From positions 928,001 through 992,000 of the forward strand of contig OY762911.1 of the NCBI GenBank assembly GCA_963666565.1: 64,000 bases of DNA. The letters run 5' to 3'. The DNA comes from Thermoanaerobaculia bacterium (GTDB lineage Bacteria > Acidobacteriota > Thermoanaerobaculia > Multivoradales > Multivoraceae). Positions 10,008-19,774 of this stretch are shown in pieces (position 1 is the first letter of the stretch; each line of letters opens with the position of its first letter). The notes beneath the pieces were generated by a model that was given only the letters and a program-made list of their open reading frames with translations, did no database searches and had not been told where the DNA came from. A program made the position numbers and the translations under genes.

Positions 10008-10108
10008 TGCGCGGACTATACAATCCCCCGGCGGCGCCGGGCGCGGCCGCGGAGACGGCTTCGGCCGGCGTCGGCGCGAGACCCAAGAGGACTTCCGATA
10101 GGGGGAGA

Positions 10109-11155
10109 GTGAGAGTGAATCCCTGGTGGCGGAGACCGGCGGCGGACGAGAAACCTGAACCGGCGCGGCGAAAGAAGGCGAGGGCCAAAGGCGAGGACGA
10201 GCCGAAGGTCGAGGCCGCCGGCCAGGCCGAGGCGAAGGCCGGCGGCGGCTCGACCGCTCCCGCGCCGAAGGAAGACGAGGCCGCGGCGCCCGCGGCCGCC
10301 GAGGCGCGGGCGGGCGCGGAGGAGGACGTGGCCGCGACTTCCGGCGAGGCGCCGGCCTCGGCGGCCCCCGTCGTCGACGAACCTCCCGTTTCTCCGGCCC
10401 TGGAAGCCGCTACGGAACCCGCGTCGCCCGCCCGGCCGAACAGCGACGACGCGGGCGACGGCGGCGACGCGAGCCACGCCGCCGACGCGAGCCACGCCGC
10501 CGACACGAGCCACGCCGGCGAGGCCGCCGCGTCCGCGCCGCCCAGACGCCGCCGCCGCCGCCGGCGTTCCCGTCGGGGCGGCCGCGGCGCTGCCGCCCAC
10601 GGGCAGGACGAAGCCGACCGGCAGGGCAAGGCAGGCAAGCAGGACGAGGCCCGCGAGGACCGGAAGGCCCAGGCCGCGGACGCGCCGCCGCGCGCGCGGC
10701 GTTCCGGCGGGCCGGGCCGCGCCGCCGTGTTGCTCGACCTCGGCGGGCTGGAACGCAGCCTGGACGGCGGTTCGCCGCTCGACCCGGAGGGCCTGCTGGC
10801 GCGGCTGGACGCCGATCTCGGCAAGCTCGTGCTGCGCCGCGTCTATGCCGACGCCAGCGATCGGGCGCTGGACCGCAAGGCGCTGCACGGCGGAGGCGCC
10901 GAGGTCGTCGACGTGCCTTCGGGCGCGGAAGTCCGCGGCTGCTCCGCCGCGGTGCGGATCGTCGTGGACGCGCTGGAGCTCTGCTACACCAAGCGCGGCG
11001 TGGACACGGTGGTCCTGGCGGCGACCTCGGTCCAGATGCTGCCCCTTGTCGCCAAGCTGCAGCAGAACGGCGTGACGGTCGTCGGTCTCGGGGGGCCGGA
11101 AGGCGACCCGCAGGTACGCGCCCAGTGCGACCGCTTCATCGATCTTTCCGGCTGA
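10109..11155 (+). CDS. NYN/LabA-like domain protein with long disordered, Arg-rich N-terminus
   Basis: RRVYAD, RIVVDALELCY, PLVAKL..G.TVVGLG, CDRFI; the usual acidic catalytic motifs appear altered. Confidence 0.75.
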   Translation: MRVNPWWRRPAADEKPEPARRKKARAKGEDEPKVEAAGQAEAKAGGGSTAPAPKEDEAAAPAAAEARAGAEEDVAATSGEAPASAAPVVDEPPVSPALEAATEPASPARPNSDDAGDGGDASHAADASHAADTSHAGEAAASAPPRRRRRRRRSRRGGRGAAAHGQDEADRQGKAGKQDEAREDRKAQAADAPPRARRSGGPGRAAVLLDLGGLERSLDGGSPLDPEGLLARLDADLGKLVLRRVYADASDRALDRKALHGGGAEVVDVPSGAEVRGCSAAVRIVVDALELCYTKRGVDTVVLAATSVQMLPLVAKLQQNGVTVVGLGGPEGDPQVRAQCDRFIDLSG

Positions 11156-11222
11156 GCGGCTCTCCCCTTTCTCCGGCGCAAGCTGCTAGGGTTCCGCGTT
11201 CGCTCGGCGCGGCGGCTGAGAT

Positions 11223-11299
11223 GCACCCTTAGCTCAACTGGATAGAGCGTTGGACTACGGATCCAAAGGTTGGGGGTTCGACTCCTCCAGGGTGCACCA
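11223..11299 (+). tRNA. tRNA-Arg (anticodon ACG)
   Basis: GCACCCT acceptor stem, AGCTCAACTGGATAGAGC D-arm, TTGGA-CTACGGA-TCCAA anticodon arm, GTTCGACTC, CCA. Confidence 0.96.
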
Positions 11300-11342
11300 C
11301 CTTCTCCCGGAACCGCGTAGAGCGTCGTAGAGCGTCGTCCGC

Positions 11343-11395
11343 ACGGACCAAGGCTTGGGGGTTCGACTCCTCCAGGGTGCACCATCTTCTCCCGG
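11343..11395 (+). repeat. Duplicated 3' half of tRNA-Arg (pseudo-tRNA or att-like scar)
   Basis: 11355-11395 matches 11270-11310 at 40 of 41 positions. Confidence 0.85.
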
Positions 11396-11399
11396 TCGC

Positions 11400-12056
11400 C
11401 TACGGCCTCAGCCGTTCGATCGTCCTGGTTCCCAGGCGCTGAATCGCCGCGACGACGTCGACGTTGCCCGGGTCGAGCAGCCACAGGAGCGTCGCTCCGC
11501 GGACGGCGGCGAGAACCTGGAAAGCGGTTTCGGCCGGATCGACGTCGGCCCGGATCTCGCCTGCATCCCGTCCCTCCCGAACGGCCTGTTCGATCGCCGC
11601 CGCGAAGCGGTCGTTGCCGGCTCTGAACAGATCGATCTTCGCGTTCAGCGGCCCGAGCGAATCCGCCATCAGCATGAACAGCGCTCGCATCCAGTGTTCG
11701 GCGTCGCGGAGCAGTTCCGAGTAGCCGGTGAAGATGCGGTTCAGGCCGGCCAGGCCGGCGACTCCGTTTTCCGGCTCGAAGACCTCGTCGCCGGCGCGGG
11801 TCTGCAGACGGGCGACGATCGCCTCGACGATTCCCTCCTTCGAGCCGAAGCGGAGCGAAACGAGAGCGCTCGAGTAGCCGGCCTCCCTGCCGATCTGCTC
11901 GAGGGTCGTCGCGGTGTAGCCCTGGCGGCCGAACAGGATCGCGGCGGCCTGCAGGATCTGGCGCTCCGACTCGGCGCGCCGTTCCGCCTGGGTGCGCCGC
12001 GGGCGCCCGCCGCCGCGCTGCCGGGCGTCCGGGTTCGCGTTGACGGGCTCTGACAT
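11400..12056 (-). CDS. TetR/AcrR family regulator
   Basis: ILQAAAILF..GY.ATTLEQI..EAG....FGSKE helix-turn-helix; GEIRADVDP. Confidence 0.9.
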   Translation of the reverse strand: MSEPVNANPDARQRGGGRPRRTQAERRAESERQILQAAAILFGRQGYTATTLEQIGREAGYSSALVSLRFGSKEGIVEAIVARLQTRAGDEVFEPENGVAGLAGLNRIFTGYSELLRDAEHWMRALFMLMADSLGPLNAKIDLFRAGNDRFAAAIEQAVREGRDAGEIRADVDPAETAFQVLAAVRGATLLWLLDPGNVDVVAAIQRLGTRTIERLRP

Positions 12057-12107
12057 GCCTGACGTGGTCGAGTGGGGTGGCTGCCGGCGACTCGGCAAGA
12101 CCAAGCG

Positions 12108-12196
12108 GTGCAACCCGATGGCGGGCGGAGTGAGGCGCCGGCGAGTTCCTCGCTCGGCCCGACGCCGCCGTGCAACCCGCTCGCGGGCGGAGTGAG
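12108..12196. repeat. 27-bp direct repeat pair in the TetR / acyl-CoA dehydrogenase divergent intergenic region
   Basis: GTGCAACCCG(ATG/CTC)GCGGGCGGAGTGAG at 12108-12134 and 12170-12196. Confidence 0.8.
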
Positions 12197-12231
12197 ACTC
12201 TATCCCCAGGCGCCTGCCGGGCGAGCGGGCC

Positions 12232-12254
12232 GGTGCGCGGGTCTTCCGACCCGC
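12232..12254 (+). repeat. REP-like copy (first hairpin only)
   Basis: GGTGC-GCGGGTC-TTCC-GACCCGC. Confidence 0.85.
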
Positions 12255-12355
12255 TCCGGGCGACGGCGCGGAGCGACGGCGACCGAAGGGGAAGCCGCCG
12301 GCCGGCGGGCGGCGCCATTCCCGGCTCTGCAAGCTCTTCGGCTACGCTGACGAGC

Positions 12356-13456
12356 GTGCAGACGGAGTTCTCGCGCGAACAGCGACTGCTCCGCGACATC
12401 GTGTCGCGGGCGCTGCGGGACAAGTCGCCGCCGGAGGCCGTGCGCGAGCAGATGGCGACGGACCGCGGCTACGACCCGGACGTCTGGCAGGAGCTCTGCG
12501 GCGACGTCGGGCTGGCCGGCGTGCACGTTCCGGAGGCGTATGGCGGCGCCGGCGGCGGTGCGGTCGAACTCGGCATCGTCGCCGAGGAGATGGGGCGAAC
12601 GCTGTTCTGCGGCCCCTGGTTCGCTTCGGCTGCGATGGCCGGAACCGCGCTGCTCGAGGCGGCGAACGACGAGGACCGGCAATCGCTCCTGCCCGGAGTC
12701 GCCGACGGCTCGACGATCGCGACTCTCGTGCTGGACGACCTGAACGGTCCAGCCGGCGTCGGTAGCTCGATCCGCGCCGAGGAGGACGGGAAGCTGTCCG
12801 GGACGGCGGCGATGGCCGTCGATGCCCATGTCGCCGACCTGCTGCTGGTCGTGGCGAGCGGCGCCGGCGGGCTCGGGCTGTACGCGCTCGAACGCGGCGC
12901 GGCCGGTCTCTCGGTCGAACCGCTCCAGGTCGTCGATCCGACCCGCAAGCTGTCCCGGGTCGTGCTGGCCGACGTGCCGGGCCGCCGCGTCGGCGAAGTG
13001 ACCGGCGAGGCCCTGGACCGGATCTGGGACCGGATCTGCTCCGCCCTGGCTCACGAGACGATCGGCGGCGCGCAGCACCTCTTCGAGACGACGGTGAACT
13101 ACACGAAGGAGCGGTACCAGTTCGGGCGACCGATCGGCTCCTTCCAGGCGCTCAAGCACCGCTGCGCCGACCTGCTGCTCGAGATCGAGATCGCCCGCGC
13201 GCTCGTCCACCACTCGGCGCGCTGCCTCGACGCCGGCGAGGGCGAGCCGTACGCCGCCAGCATGGCGAAGGCGGCGGCCGCCGACGCCTGCATGAGCGCG
13301 GCCAGAGCCGGCATCCAGTTGCGCGGCGGGATCGGCTTCACCTGGGAGAACGACACCCACCTCTGGTTCAAGCGGGCGAAGGGTTCGGAGGTCCTGTTCG
13401 GCACCCCGGCGATCCACCGGGAACGGATGATGACGATGCTGGAGGGCGCGGCATGA
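12356..13456 (+). CDS. Acyl-CoA dehydrogenase family protein
   Basis: VPEAYGG.G, R.QFGRPIGSFQALKHRCAD, GGIGFTWE. Confidence 0.9.
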   Translation: MQTEFSREQRLLRDIVSRALRDKSPPEAVREQMATDRGYDPDVWQELCGDVGLAGVHVPEAYGGAGGGAVELGIVAEEMGRTLFCGPWFASAAMAGTALLEAANDEDRQSLLPGVADGSTIATLVLDDLNGPAGVGSSIRAEEDGKLSGTAAMAVDAHVADLLLVVASGAGGLGLYALERGAAGLSVEPLQVVDPTRKLSRVVLADVPGRRVGEVTGEALDRIWDRICSALAHETIGGAQHLFETTVNYTKERYQFGRPIGSFQALKHRCADLLLEIEIARALVHHSARCLDAGEGEPYAASMAKAAAADACMSAARAGIQLRGGIGFTWENDTHLWFKRAKGSEVLFGTPAIHRERMMTMLEGAA

Positions 13457-14697
13457 CGCCGGAACGGATCCGCCGCGAGGTCTCGGCCTGGCTCGACGCG
13501 AACTGGCGCGTCGACCGTCCCCTGATCGAGTGGCGGAACATTCTGCTCGAAGGCGGCTGGGCCGCCCCGCACTGGCCCGAGGAGTGGTACGGACGCGGCT
13601 TCACGCTCGACCAGACCATCGTCGTCGCGGAGGTCTTCCGGGAGAAGGACGTGGTTCGGGCCGCTCAGGTCGGTCCGCGGGGACTGGCGTCGGAGACGAT
13701 CCTGGCCTGTGGCTCGGACGACCAGAAGCGGCGCTTCCTGCGGCCCATCCTGACCGGAGAGCACACCTGGTGCCAGCTCTTCAGCGAGCCGGGCAGCGGT
13801 TCCGATCTGGCGGGCCTGAGCACCCGGGCCGAGTTGAAGGACGGCAAGTGGATCGTCAACGGCCAGAAAGTCTGGAACACGAGCGCCCACCACGCGGACT
13901 TCGGGTTGCTCGTCGCGCGCACCGACTGGGACGTGCCGAAGCACCAGGGGATCAGCTACTTCCTGCTCGACATGCGGCAGCCGGGAGTCGAGGCGCGGCC
14001 GCTCCGGCAGATGAACGGCCACCAGTCGTTCAACGAGGTCTTCATGACGAACGCCGTCGTGCCGCCGGAGGACCTGATCGGCGGCGAGGGCAACGGCTGG
14101 CACGTGGCGAAGACCACGCTCTCCTTCGAACGGCGCGGCTTCAGCCGCCGGGTGCGCGGTTCCTCCCTGGACGGGCCGAAGCAGGGGCCGATCTACGCGG
14201 AGTACGAGGAAGAGCTCCGGATCGCGACGGAGCCCTACACCTGGTACCCGCAGCGCGAGGGCCGGGTGGACCTCGTCCTGCCGCGCGCCCGGGAAACCGG
14301 TGCGATCGACGAGCCGGCGACGCGGCAGGAGATCGCGAAGCTGATTTGCCTGCATACCGGCGCGCGGCTCGCCTCCGACGGCGCCGAGGCCAGGCGCAAG
14401 GCCGGCACCACGGAGATCATCCCGGCCGGGTCGATCGGCAAGCTCGCCGCGAGCGTCATAGCCCGCCAGGCCTCCGTGGTCCACACGATGATCTCCGGCG
14501 CGGACGCCATGCTGAGCGGTCCCGACTCCGCCGCGGACGGGATCATCGCGGAGGTCCTGGTCTCGGTGCCCGCCATCTCGATCGCTGGCGGCACAGACGA
14601 GATCCAGCGCAACATCATCTCCGAGCGCGTGCTGGGGATGCCGAAGGGGTACCGCGCCGACCAGGGCCCGTTCCGCGACATCAAGCGCAACGCGTAG
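13453..14697 (+). CDS. Acyl-CoA dehydrogenase family protein
   Basis: WCQLFSEPGSGSDLA, NGQKVW, FNEVF, IAGGTDEIQRNII; ATGA-coupled to the upstream ACAD. Confidence 0.92.
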   Translation: MTPERIRREVSAWLDANWRVDRPLIEWRNILLEGGWAAPHWPEEWYGRGFTLDQTIVVAEVFREKDVVRAAQVGPRGLASETILACGSDDQKRRFLRPILTGEHTWCQLFSEPGSGSDLAGLSTRAELKDGKWIVNGQKVWNTSAHHADFGLLVARTDWDVPKHQGISYFLLDMRQPGVEARPLRQMNGHQSFNEVFMTNAVVPPEDLIGGEGNGWHVAKTTLSFERRGFSRRVRGSSLDGPKQGPIYAEYEEELRIATEPYTWYPQREGRVDLVLPRARETGAIDEPATRQEIAKLICLHTGARLASDGAEARRKAGTTEIIPAGSIGKLAASVIARQASVVHTMISGADAMLSGPDSAADGIIAEVLVSVPAISIAGGTDEIQRNIISERVLGMPKGYRADQGPFRDIKRNA

Positions 14698-14710
14698 GCG
14701 CCCGTTCCCG

Positions 14711-16609
14711 GTGCGGCACGGACTTCCACCGCGGGTAGCCGGGGCGCGGCTTCGGGCGCCGGCGGCCGGCGCCCGCGGCAATCCGCTCCCGGCGCCACGC
14801 GGGCCTCTGCCACGGGCTGCCGGGGCGCGGCTGGCGGCGGCCTGCCTCCTGGCCTGCGCCTGCGGCAATCCGCTTCCGGTGGTCGAGGCCGGCGGCGACT
14901 ACGAGCCGTTGGCCGATCCTCTCGTCGATCCGCCGTCGTTGTACGAGCTGTACCCGGTCGCCGAGCCGCAACGGGCCGATACCGCCACGACGATCGTGCG
15001 GCACGACTTCTCCCAGCCGGCAACGCTCAACCCGCTCTTTCCGTCCGGCGCGGCGTCCGCCTGGACGATGTTCGGGATGCTCTTCGAGTGGCTCGTCATC
15101 CGCCATGGCAACCCGGCGAACTACGACTGGAACACGAACGTCGTCCTCGCGGTGCAACCGTCGGAGGACCTGCGTTCCGTCACGCTCGAGCTGAATCCCG
15201 AGCTGCGATGGCACGACGGCGAACCCTGGACGGCTCACGACGTCGTGTTCTCGCTCGAAGCGCTGCGCGACGAACGGGTGCCGGTGAGCTTCTGGCCGAC
15301 GGCGCGCGACCTGATCGCCGGCGCCTCGGCGGAGGGTGCTCACCGGGTGCGCTTCGACTTCGCCGGGCTCCTGGCGCCGCAGTTGCGCCTGGAGGCGCTT
15401 GTCTTTCCCATCATGCCGCTCCACATCGTGGGAAACGCCGGCGAACGCGCCGCCGACCCGACGCTCCGGTCGTCGCCCTACTACAACCGCTACGGCCGCG
15501 AGGCGGTGATCGGCAGCGGCCCGTTCCGCTTCGTGGAATGGCGGACCAACGACCGGGTCGTCCTCGAACGGTGGGAGGACCACTACCTCTTCGACCGCGC
15601 GCCGCCGGCCGCGAAGACGATGATCTTCAAGTTCCAGCCCGACCGGAACCTCGCCTTCCTCCAGTTCCTGGGCGGCGAGTACGACCAGATCTACGTCGAC
15701 GCGAACATCTTCGCCCGGCAGGCGAAGGGAGAGTTGTTCGAGGCGAGGGCGGTGAAGGGCCGTCACGCGTCGGCCCTGCTCCTTTGCATCGTGTGGAACA
15801 TGGACGGCAGCAATCCGTTCTTCGTCGACCCGTTGGTGCGCCGGGCGCTCTCCCACGCCTACGACGCCGAGACGGTGCTACGCCGCGTCGGCCACGGGCT
15901 GTACCGGCGCTCCTACGGTTTCATGGTGGAAGAACGCTGGGACTACGAACCGGCGCTCCTCGATCAGGCCCTCGACTACGACCTGGCGCGCGCCGCCGAA
16001 CTCCTCGACCGGGCCGGCTGGCTTGCCGATCCCGACACGGGCTGGCGGTACAAGGAGATCGACGGCGAGCGGATTCGCTTCAGCTTCGAACTGTCGTACA
16101 CCGCCGGTCTGACCTACGTACCGCCGACGCTCGACATCCTGCGCGAGGACTTCCGCCGCCTCGGGGTCGAGATGGTCACGCGCGCCTACGAGAGCGCTTC
16201 GCTCAACGAGAAGCGGCTGGACCACGACTTCCAGGCCCTCGGAACGATCGGCGGCACGACCCAGGATCCGAACTCCCTCCGCAACCAGTTGGCCACCGAC
16301 GCCTACGACGGCGGCCGCAACAGCGGCGGCTACTCGAACCCCAGGGTCGACGAGCTGTTCGAGCTCGGCAAGCGGGAACAGGACGCGGCGAAACGCACCG
16401 CGATCTACCGGGAGATCCACCGGGAGGTCTACCGCGACCAGCCCGTCCTGTTCATCTTCCACGTCAGCTTCCTGTGGGTGTTCAACGACGACATCCGCGG
16501 CGTCGAATTCGGCCCGATGGGCACGATCCTCCTGTGGCCGACCCCGCCCGAGGGCTGGCCGTCCCGGACCGGCCCGGGCTGGTGGCGCGAGCGGCCGGCG
16601 GCCGAGTGA
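14711..16609 (+). CDS. ABC transporter substrate-binding lipoprotein, family 5 (start uncertain)
   Basis: Lipobox-like LACAC, TLNP, WHDGEP.TA.DV.FS, IGSGPFRF, VRRALS, YSNPRVD. Confidence 0.85.
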   Translation: MRHGLPPRVAGARLRAPAAGARGNPLPAPRGPLPRAAGARLAAACLLACACGNPLPVVEAGGDYEPLADPLVDPPSLYELYPVAEPQRADTATTIVRHDFSQPATLNPLFPSGAASAWTMFGMLFEWLVIRHGNPANYDWNTNVVLAVQPSEDLRSVTLELNPELRWHDGEPWTAHDVVFSLEALRDERVPVSFWPTARDLIAGASAEGAHRVRFDFAGLLAPQLRLEALVFPIMPLHIVGNAGERAADPTLRSSPYYNRYGREAVIGSGPFRFVEWRTNDRVVLERWEDHYLFDRAPPAAKTMIFKFQPDRNLAFLQFLGGEYDQIYVDANIFARQAKGELFEARAVKGRHASALLLCIVWNMDGSNPFFVDPLVRRALSHAYDAETVLRRVGHGLYRRSYGFMVEERWDYEPALLDQALDYDLARAAELLDRAGWLADPDTGWRYKEIDGERIRFSFELSYTAGLTYVPPTLDILREDFRRLGVEMVTRAYESASLNEKRLDHDFQALGTIGGTTQDPNSLRNQLATDAYDGGRNSGGYSNPRVDELFELGKREQDAAKRTAIYREIHREVYRDQPVLFIFHVSFLWVFNDDIRGVEFGPMGTILLWPTPPEGWPSRTGPGWWRERPAAE

Positions 16610-16692
16610 CTTCGGCGGCTTGCCCAACTCCGTCGACCGGCGGTAGCGTCGAGGCGCGACAGAGGATGAATAGGGCCGTTGCTCCGTTTCCG

Positions 16693-16718
16693 CTGGGTGC
16701 GCGGGTCTTCTGACCCGC
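16693..16718 (+). repeat. REP-like copy at the left edge of the defence island
   Basis: CTGGGTGC-GCGGGTC-TTCT-GACCCGC, followed by GCCGC-GGA-GCGGC. Confidence 0.88.
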
Positions 16719-16754
16719 CCCCCGGGTGGCGCCGCGGAGCGGCGGAGACCGGAG

Positions 16755-17031
16755 ATCTCCCTCCCGAGGCGCTCAAGTCCTTCGTGAACGACCAGGCCAG
16801 CACGCGCGGCTACAGCTCGTCGAGCGAGTACGTCCGCGAACTGATCCGCAAGGACCACGACCGCCAGCGACTACGCGAACGGCTTTTCGCCGGCGCCGCA
16901 TCGCCGAAGGGCGCCGTGGCCGACGCGGACTGCTTCGACGGCCTTCGCGACCGGGTCCGCAGAGCCGGCCGTCAGTGAGCGGCAAGCGCGTTGCGCTGCG
17001 CGAGCGGGCCCTCCGCGACATCGACAAGGCG
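16755..17031 (+). pseudogene. ParD-like antitoxin (5'-truncated, frameshifted) plus first ~19 codons of a ParE/RelE-like toxin
   Basis: ISL/PEALKSFV..RGY.SSSEYVRELIRKD.DRQRLR with no start codon; GTGA-coupled VSGKRVALRERALRDID, then similarity ends. Confidence 0.7.
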
Positions 17032-17086
17032 ACAGTGGACCCCCGGATACGATGCACCCTCGACGGACTCTGGAGGCTTGGCGCGA

Positions 17087-17629
17087 ATGTCCGATGAGCC
17101 GAGAAAGCAGCAGTCGAAGCGACACCACAATCTGATTCGCAGCTACGGGCTGTTGTGGGACCGGAAGAAGGTCCAATGGAAGGGGCGGGAAGCAGGGTTG
17201 CCGGGCCGTATCCGCGTCAAGACGGGTCCAGTGGATTTTCGCCATCAGGTGGGCATCTACGCCCTCTACGATGAGGAGTTCCGCCTCCTCTACGTCGGAC
17301 AGGCCGGGAGTGGCCGCAAGACACTGTTCGATCGCCTGAAGCTGCATTGCAATCCTCGGCGGAGGAAAGACGGTGGGATCCCGGGTCTGGCTGGCAGGTG
17401 GAGGTACTTCTCCTGGTTTGGGCTCCGCGGCGTCAGAACGACGTACAACGAGTTGGCCGGACCTACCAAAGGCCGGCAGACGACCGAGGCTCACGCCCTC
17501 AACGCACTGGAAGCCGTCGCTATCGAGATCGCAGATCCCGACCTCAACCGGCAGGGCGGCAGTCTGCCGAACGACGCGGAGTACCTGCAGGTGCCGGCGG
17601 CGGACAAGAGCGAGGCGGAGGAGTGCTAG
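17087..17629 (+). CDS. GIY-YIG nuclease family protein
   Basis: GIYALY...LLYVGQAG...RL..H, late LE and LN residues. Confidence 0.8.
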   Translation: MSDEPRKQQSKRHHNLIRSYGLLWDRKKVQWKGREAGLPGRIRVKTGPVDFRHQVGIYALYDEEFRLLYVGQAGSGRKTLFDRLKLHCNPRRRKDGGIPGLAGRWRYFSWFGLRGVRTTYNELAGPTKGRQTTEAHALNALEAVAIEIADPDLNRQGGSLPNDAEYLQVPAADKSEAEEC

Positions 17630-17700
17630 CCCCGGACGCGATGCTGAGAGCGCCGGGCGATGGAGAAACCGCAAGGCACCGTTGGTAGGCTCGGCAGACG

Positions 17701-18600
17701 ATGAAGCAACAGACGGTCGGCGCGGTGGCGCCCGCGAACGCGACGGGCACCGGGCGCCGCATCGCCCGCCGTGGGAAGCCGCGACGCAAGCGGCTGATCG
17801 CGTTCGGCTGGTACGGCGGCAAATTCAGCCATCTGGACTTCATCCTCCCCCGTCTCCCTGCTGACGCCGAGCACTTTTGCGACGTGTTTGGCGGATCGGC
17901 GGCGGTGCTGATCAACCGGGAACCCGCGCCTGTCGAGACCTACAACGATCTCGACGAGGAGCTGGTCAACTTCTTCGTGCAGCTCCGCGACAACGGCGCG
18001 GAGCTCATCAGGGCGATCGGGTTGACTCCGTTCTCGCGCGGTGAGCTTGAGAGGGCCTGCGGCTACGAACGCGACCTCACCGCCCTTGAGCGAGCACGCC
18101 GGTTCTTCGTGCGCGCTCGCCAGACCCGAACTGGATTGGCACAAACGAGCAGCCAAGGACGGTGGGCTCATTGCGTTCTCACGTCGAGGGCAGGCATGGC
18201 AGGCGCCGTGTCCCGCTGGCTCGGATCGGTCGAGGGACTGGCCGAGATCGTGCAACGCCTTCAGCGCGTTCAGATCGAGAACGCGCCAGCGGTCGAGGTG
18301 ATCCGCCGCTACGACACGGACCGGACGCTCTTCTACCTGGATCCGCCCTACGTTCATTCAGCCCGTGGGGACGCTTCCGCCTACGCGCACGAAATGACCG
18401 ACGGGGACCATGCAGATCTCGCCACGACCTTGGCGACCATCCGTGGCCGAGCGGTGCTTTCCGGCTATCGCACGCCCCTCTATGACGATCTCTACAGCGG
18501 ATGGCGCCGGATCGACGCCCCGAAGAAGACGGCTCACTCGGTACGCCAGGTCCGGCAGGAGTCCCTGTGGGTGAACTTCGATCCGGGTGGGGCAGGATGA
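17701..18600 (+). CDS. Dam-like (D12 class) DNA adenine methyltransferase
   Basis: WYGGK, DVFGGSAAV, YNDLD, FYLDPPY. Confidence 0.92.
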   Translation: MKQQTVGAVAPANATGTGRRIARRGKPRRKRLIAFGWYGGKFSHLDFILPRLPADAEHFCDVFGGSAAVLINREPAPVETYNDLDEELVNFFVQLRDNGAELIRAIGLTPFSRGELERACGYERDLTALERARRFFVRARQTRTGLAQTSSQGRWAHCVLTSRAGMAGAVSRWLGSVEGLAEIVQRLQRVQIENAPAVEVIRRYDTDRTLFYLDPPYVHSARGDASAYAHEMTDGDHADLATTLATIRGRAVLSGYRTPLYDDLYSGWRRIDAPKKTAHSVRQVRQESLWVNFDPGGAG

Positions 18601-19676
18601 ACCACGAGTCCCTTGCCCGTTGGCTGCGGGAGCGCTGGGACTTGGTGTCCGAGCAGGCCGTGCCGAAGGAGGATCCGGAGGTCGACCGGCTGGTCGACAG
18701 CAGCGTCAAGAGCATCCGCTACGCCGTTCTGACCCAACTTCTCGGCAAGCTGGCCGATCCGTCGCGAGACATCCTCTGCCTTCAGCGAGGCGATCCCGAC
18801 GATGCTGACGTCGCTGGCCGCTGGGATGCTCGCAGCCTCTGCAGCAAGGTCGTCGTGCCGTGGGATCAGGAGAACCAAAGCGTCCTCGGCGGCAGCACGG
18901 ATCCCTACGTGAACAACCCGCTCAGGAGGCCGAGCCTCAAGGACCAGTTGGAGTCCCTCAAGCGGCGATCGGAGTGGGAGGCCTTGGTCGCCTTCTTGGA
19001 ACGTGTGTCCGCGGAAGACAGCCGGTCAGCTCTTGAGCAGGCGATCCATCGTTCCCTGCTGGCGATCAGGCGGCGGCTGGACCGCCAAGTGGTCCACTAT
19101 GGCGTGCCTCCCCGCGTGAGCCTAGATCAGCTTCTCAACGTGCTTGAGAACTACCTGAGAACCCCCAGCCAGGGTCTCAGGGCGCTGGCCGTCGCCTCGG
19201 CGCTCTTCCGTACGCTGGGTGCCGCCCTCGGTCTGTTCAGCGTCGCGAGCCAGGGCTTGAACGAAGCAGACAGCGCGACGGGCGCTGCCGGCGACATCCT
19301 CTGCGCCGGCGACGACGGCCGAACGCTGATGGCCGTCGAGGTCAAGGACCGTCCGCAGACGCTCGTAGACTTGGAAGCGGGGATCGCCAAGGTGAGAGAG
19401 GCGGGAGTGTCAAGGCTGCTCTTCGTCGTACCAGGAGTCGTCGAGAAGGACGCTGATCAGATTCGTCGCCGCTGCGCGGCTGTTTGGGCGCAGGGTATCG
19501 ACGTGTACAGGGCCGAGCTGGTCACTCTCACGAGGATCAGCTTCATGCTGGTGGACGAAGTCTGGCGGCGAGAGTTCCTTGAGGAACTGGGTGCAGAGCT
19601 CAATCGGAGGAACGCACCATTCGGCCATCGCGGCGCGCTCGCGAGCCTACTGGACGAGCTAGACGGACCGGTCTGA
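18597..19676 (+). CDS. SacI-family-like restriction endonuclease
   Basis: DARSLCSKVVVPW, DPYVNNPLR, NEAD..GAAGDI...AVEVKD (PD-D/ExK); ATGA-coupled to the MTase. Confidence 0.7.
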   Translation: MNHESLARWLRERWDLVSEQAVPKEDPEVDRLVDSSVKSIRYAVLTQLLGKLADPSRDILCLQRGDPDDADVAGRWDARSLCSKVVVPWDQENQSVLGGSTDPYVNNPLRRPSLKDQLESLKRRSEWEALVAFLERVSAEDSRSALEQAIHRSLLAIRRRLDRQVVHYGVPPRVSLDQLLNVLENYLRTPSQGLRALAVASALFRTLGAALGLFSVASQGLNEADSATGAAGDILCAGDDGRTLMAVEVKDRPQTLVDLEAGIAKVREAGVSRLLFVVPGVVEKDADQIRRRCAAVWAQGIDVYRAELVTLTRISFMLVDEVWRREFLEELGAELNRRNAPFGHRGALASLLDELDGPV

Positions 19677-19774
19677 TCCGAGAGTGGACTGGAAGCCATC
19701 GGCCTCAGCAGGAATTGAACGGCACGTTGGAAGTCTCAAGTGCAACCCTGCGGAGAGTTGTTCGGGGAGCGCAG

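Noticed and set aside
11299-11355. Intact integrated element between the tRNA-Arg repeats
   Set aside because: Only ~45 bp separate the repeats and no integrase is present in the window.
14150-14166. REP-like GGGTGCGCGGTTCCTCC (RVRGSS) inside the acyl-CoA dehydrogenase
   Set aside because: There is no complementary stem arm; a 10-bp match is plausible by chance at this GC content.
18597-19676. GAGCTC as the recognition site of the SacI-like enzyme
   Set aside because: GAGCTC occurs often in the window and the partner is an amino-MTase; the specificity cannot be inferred from sequence.
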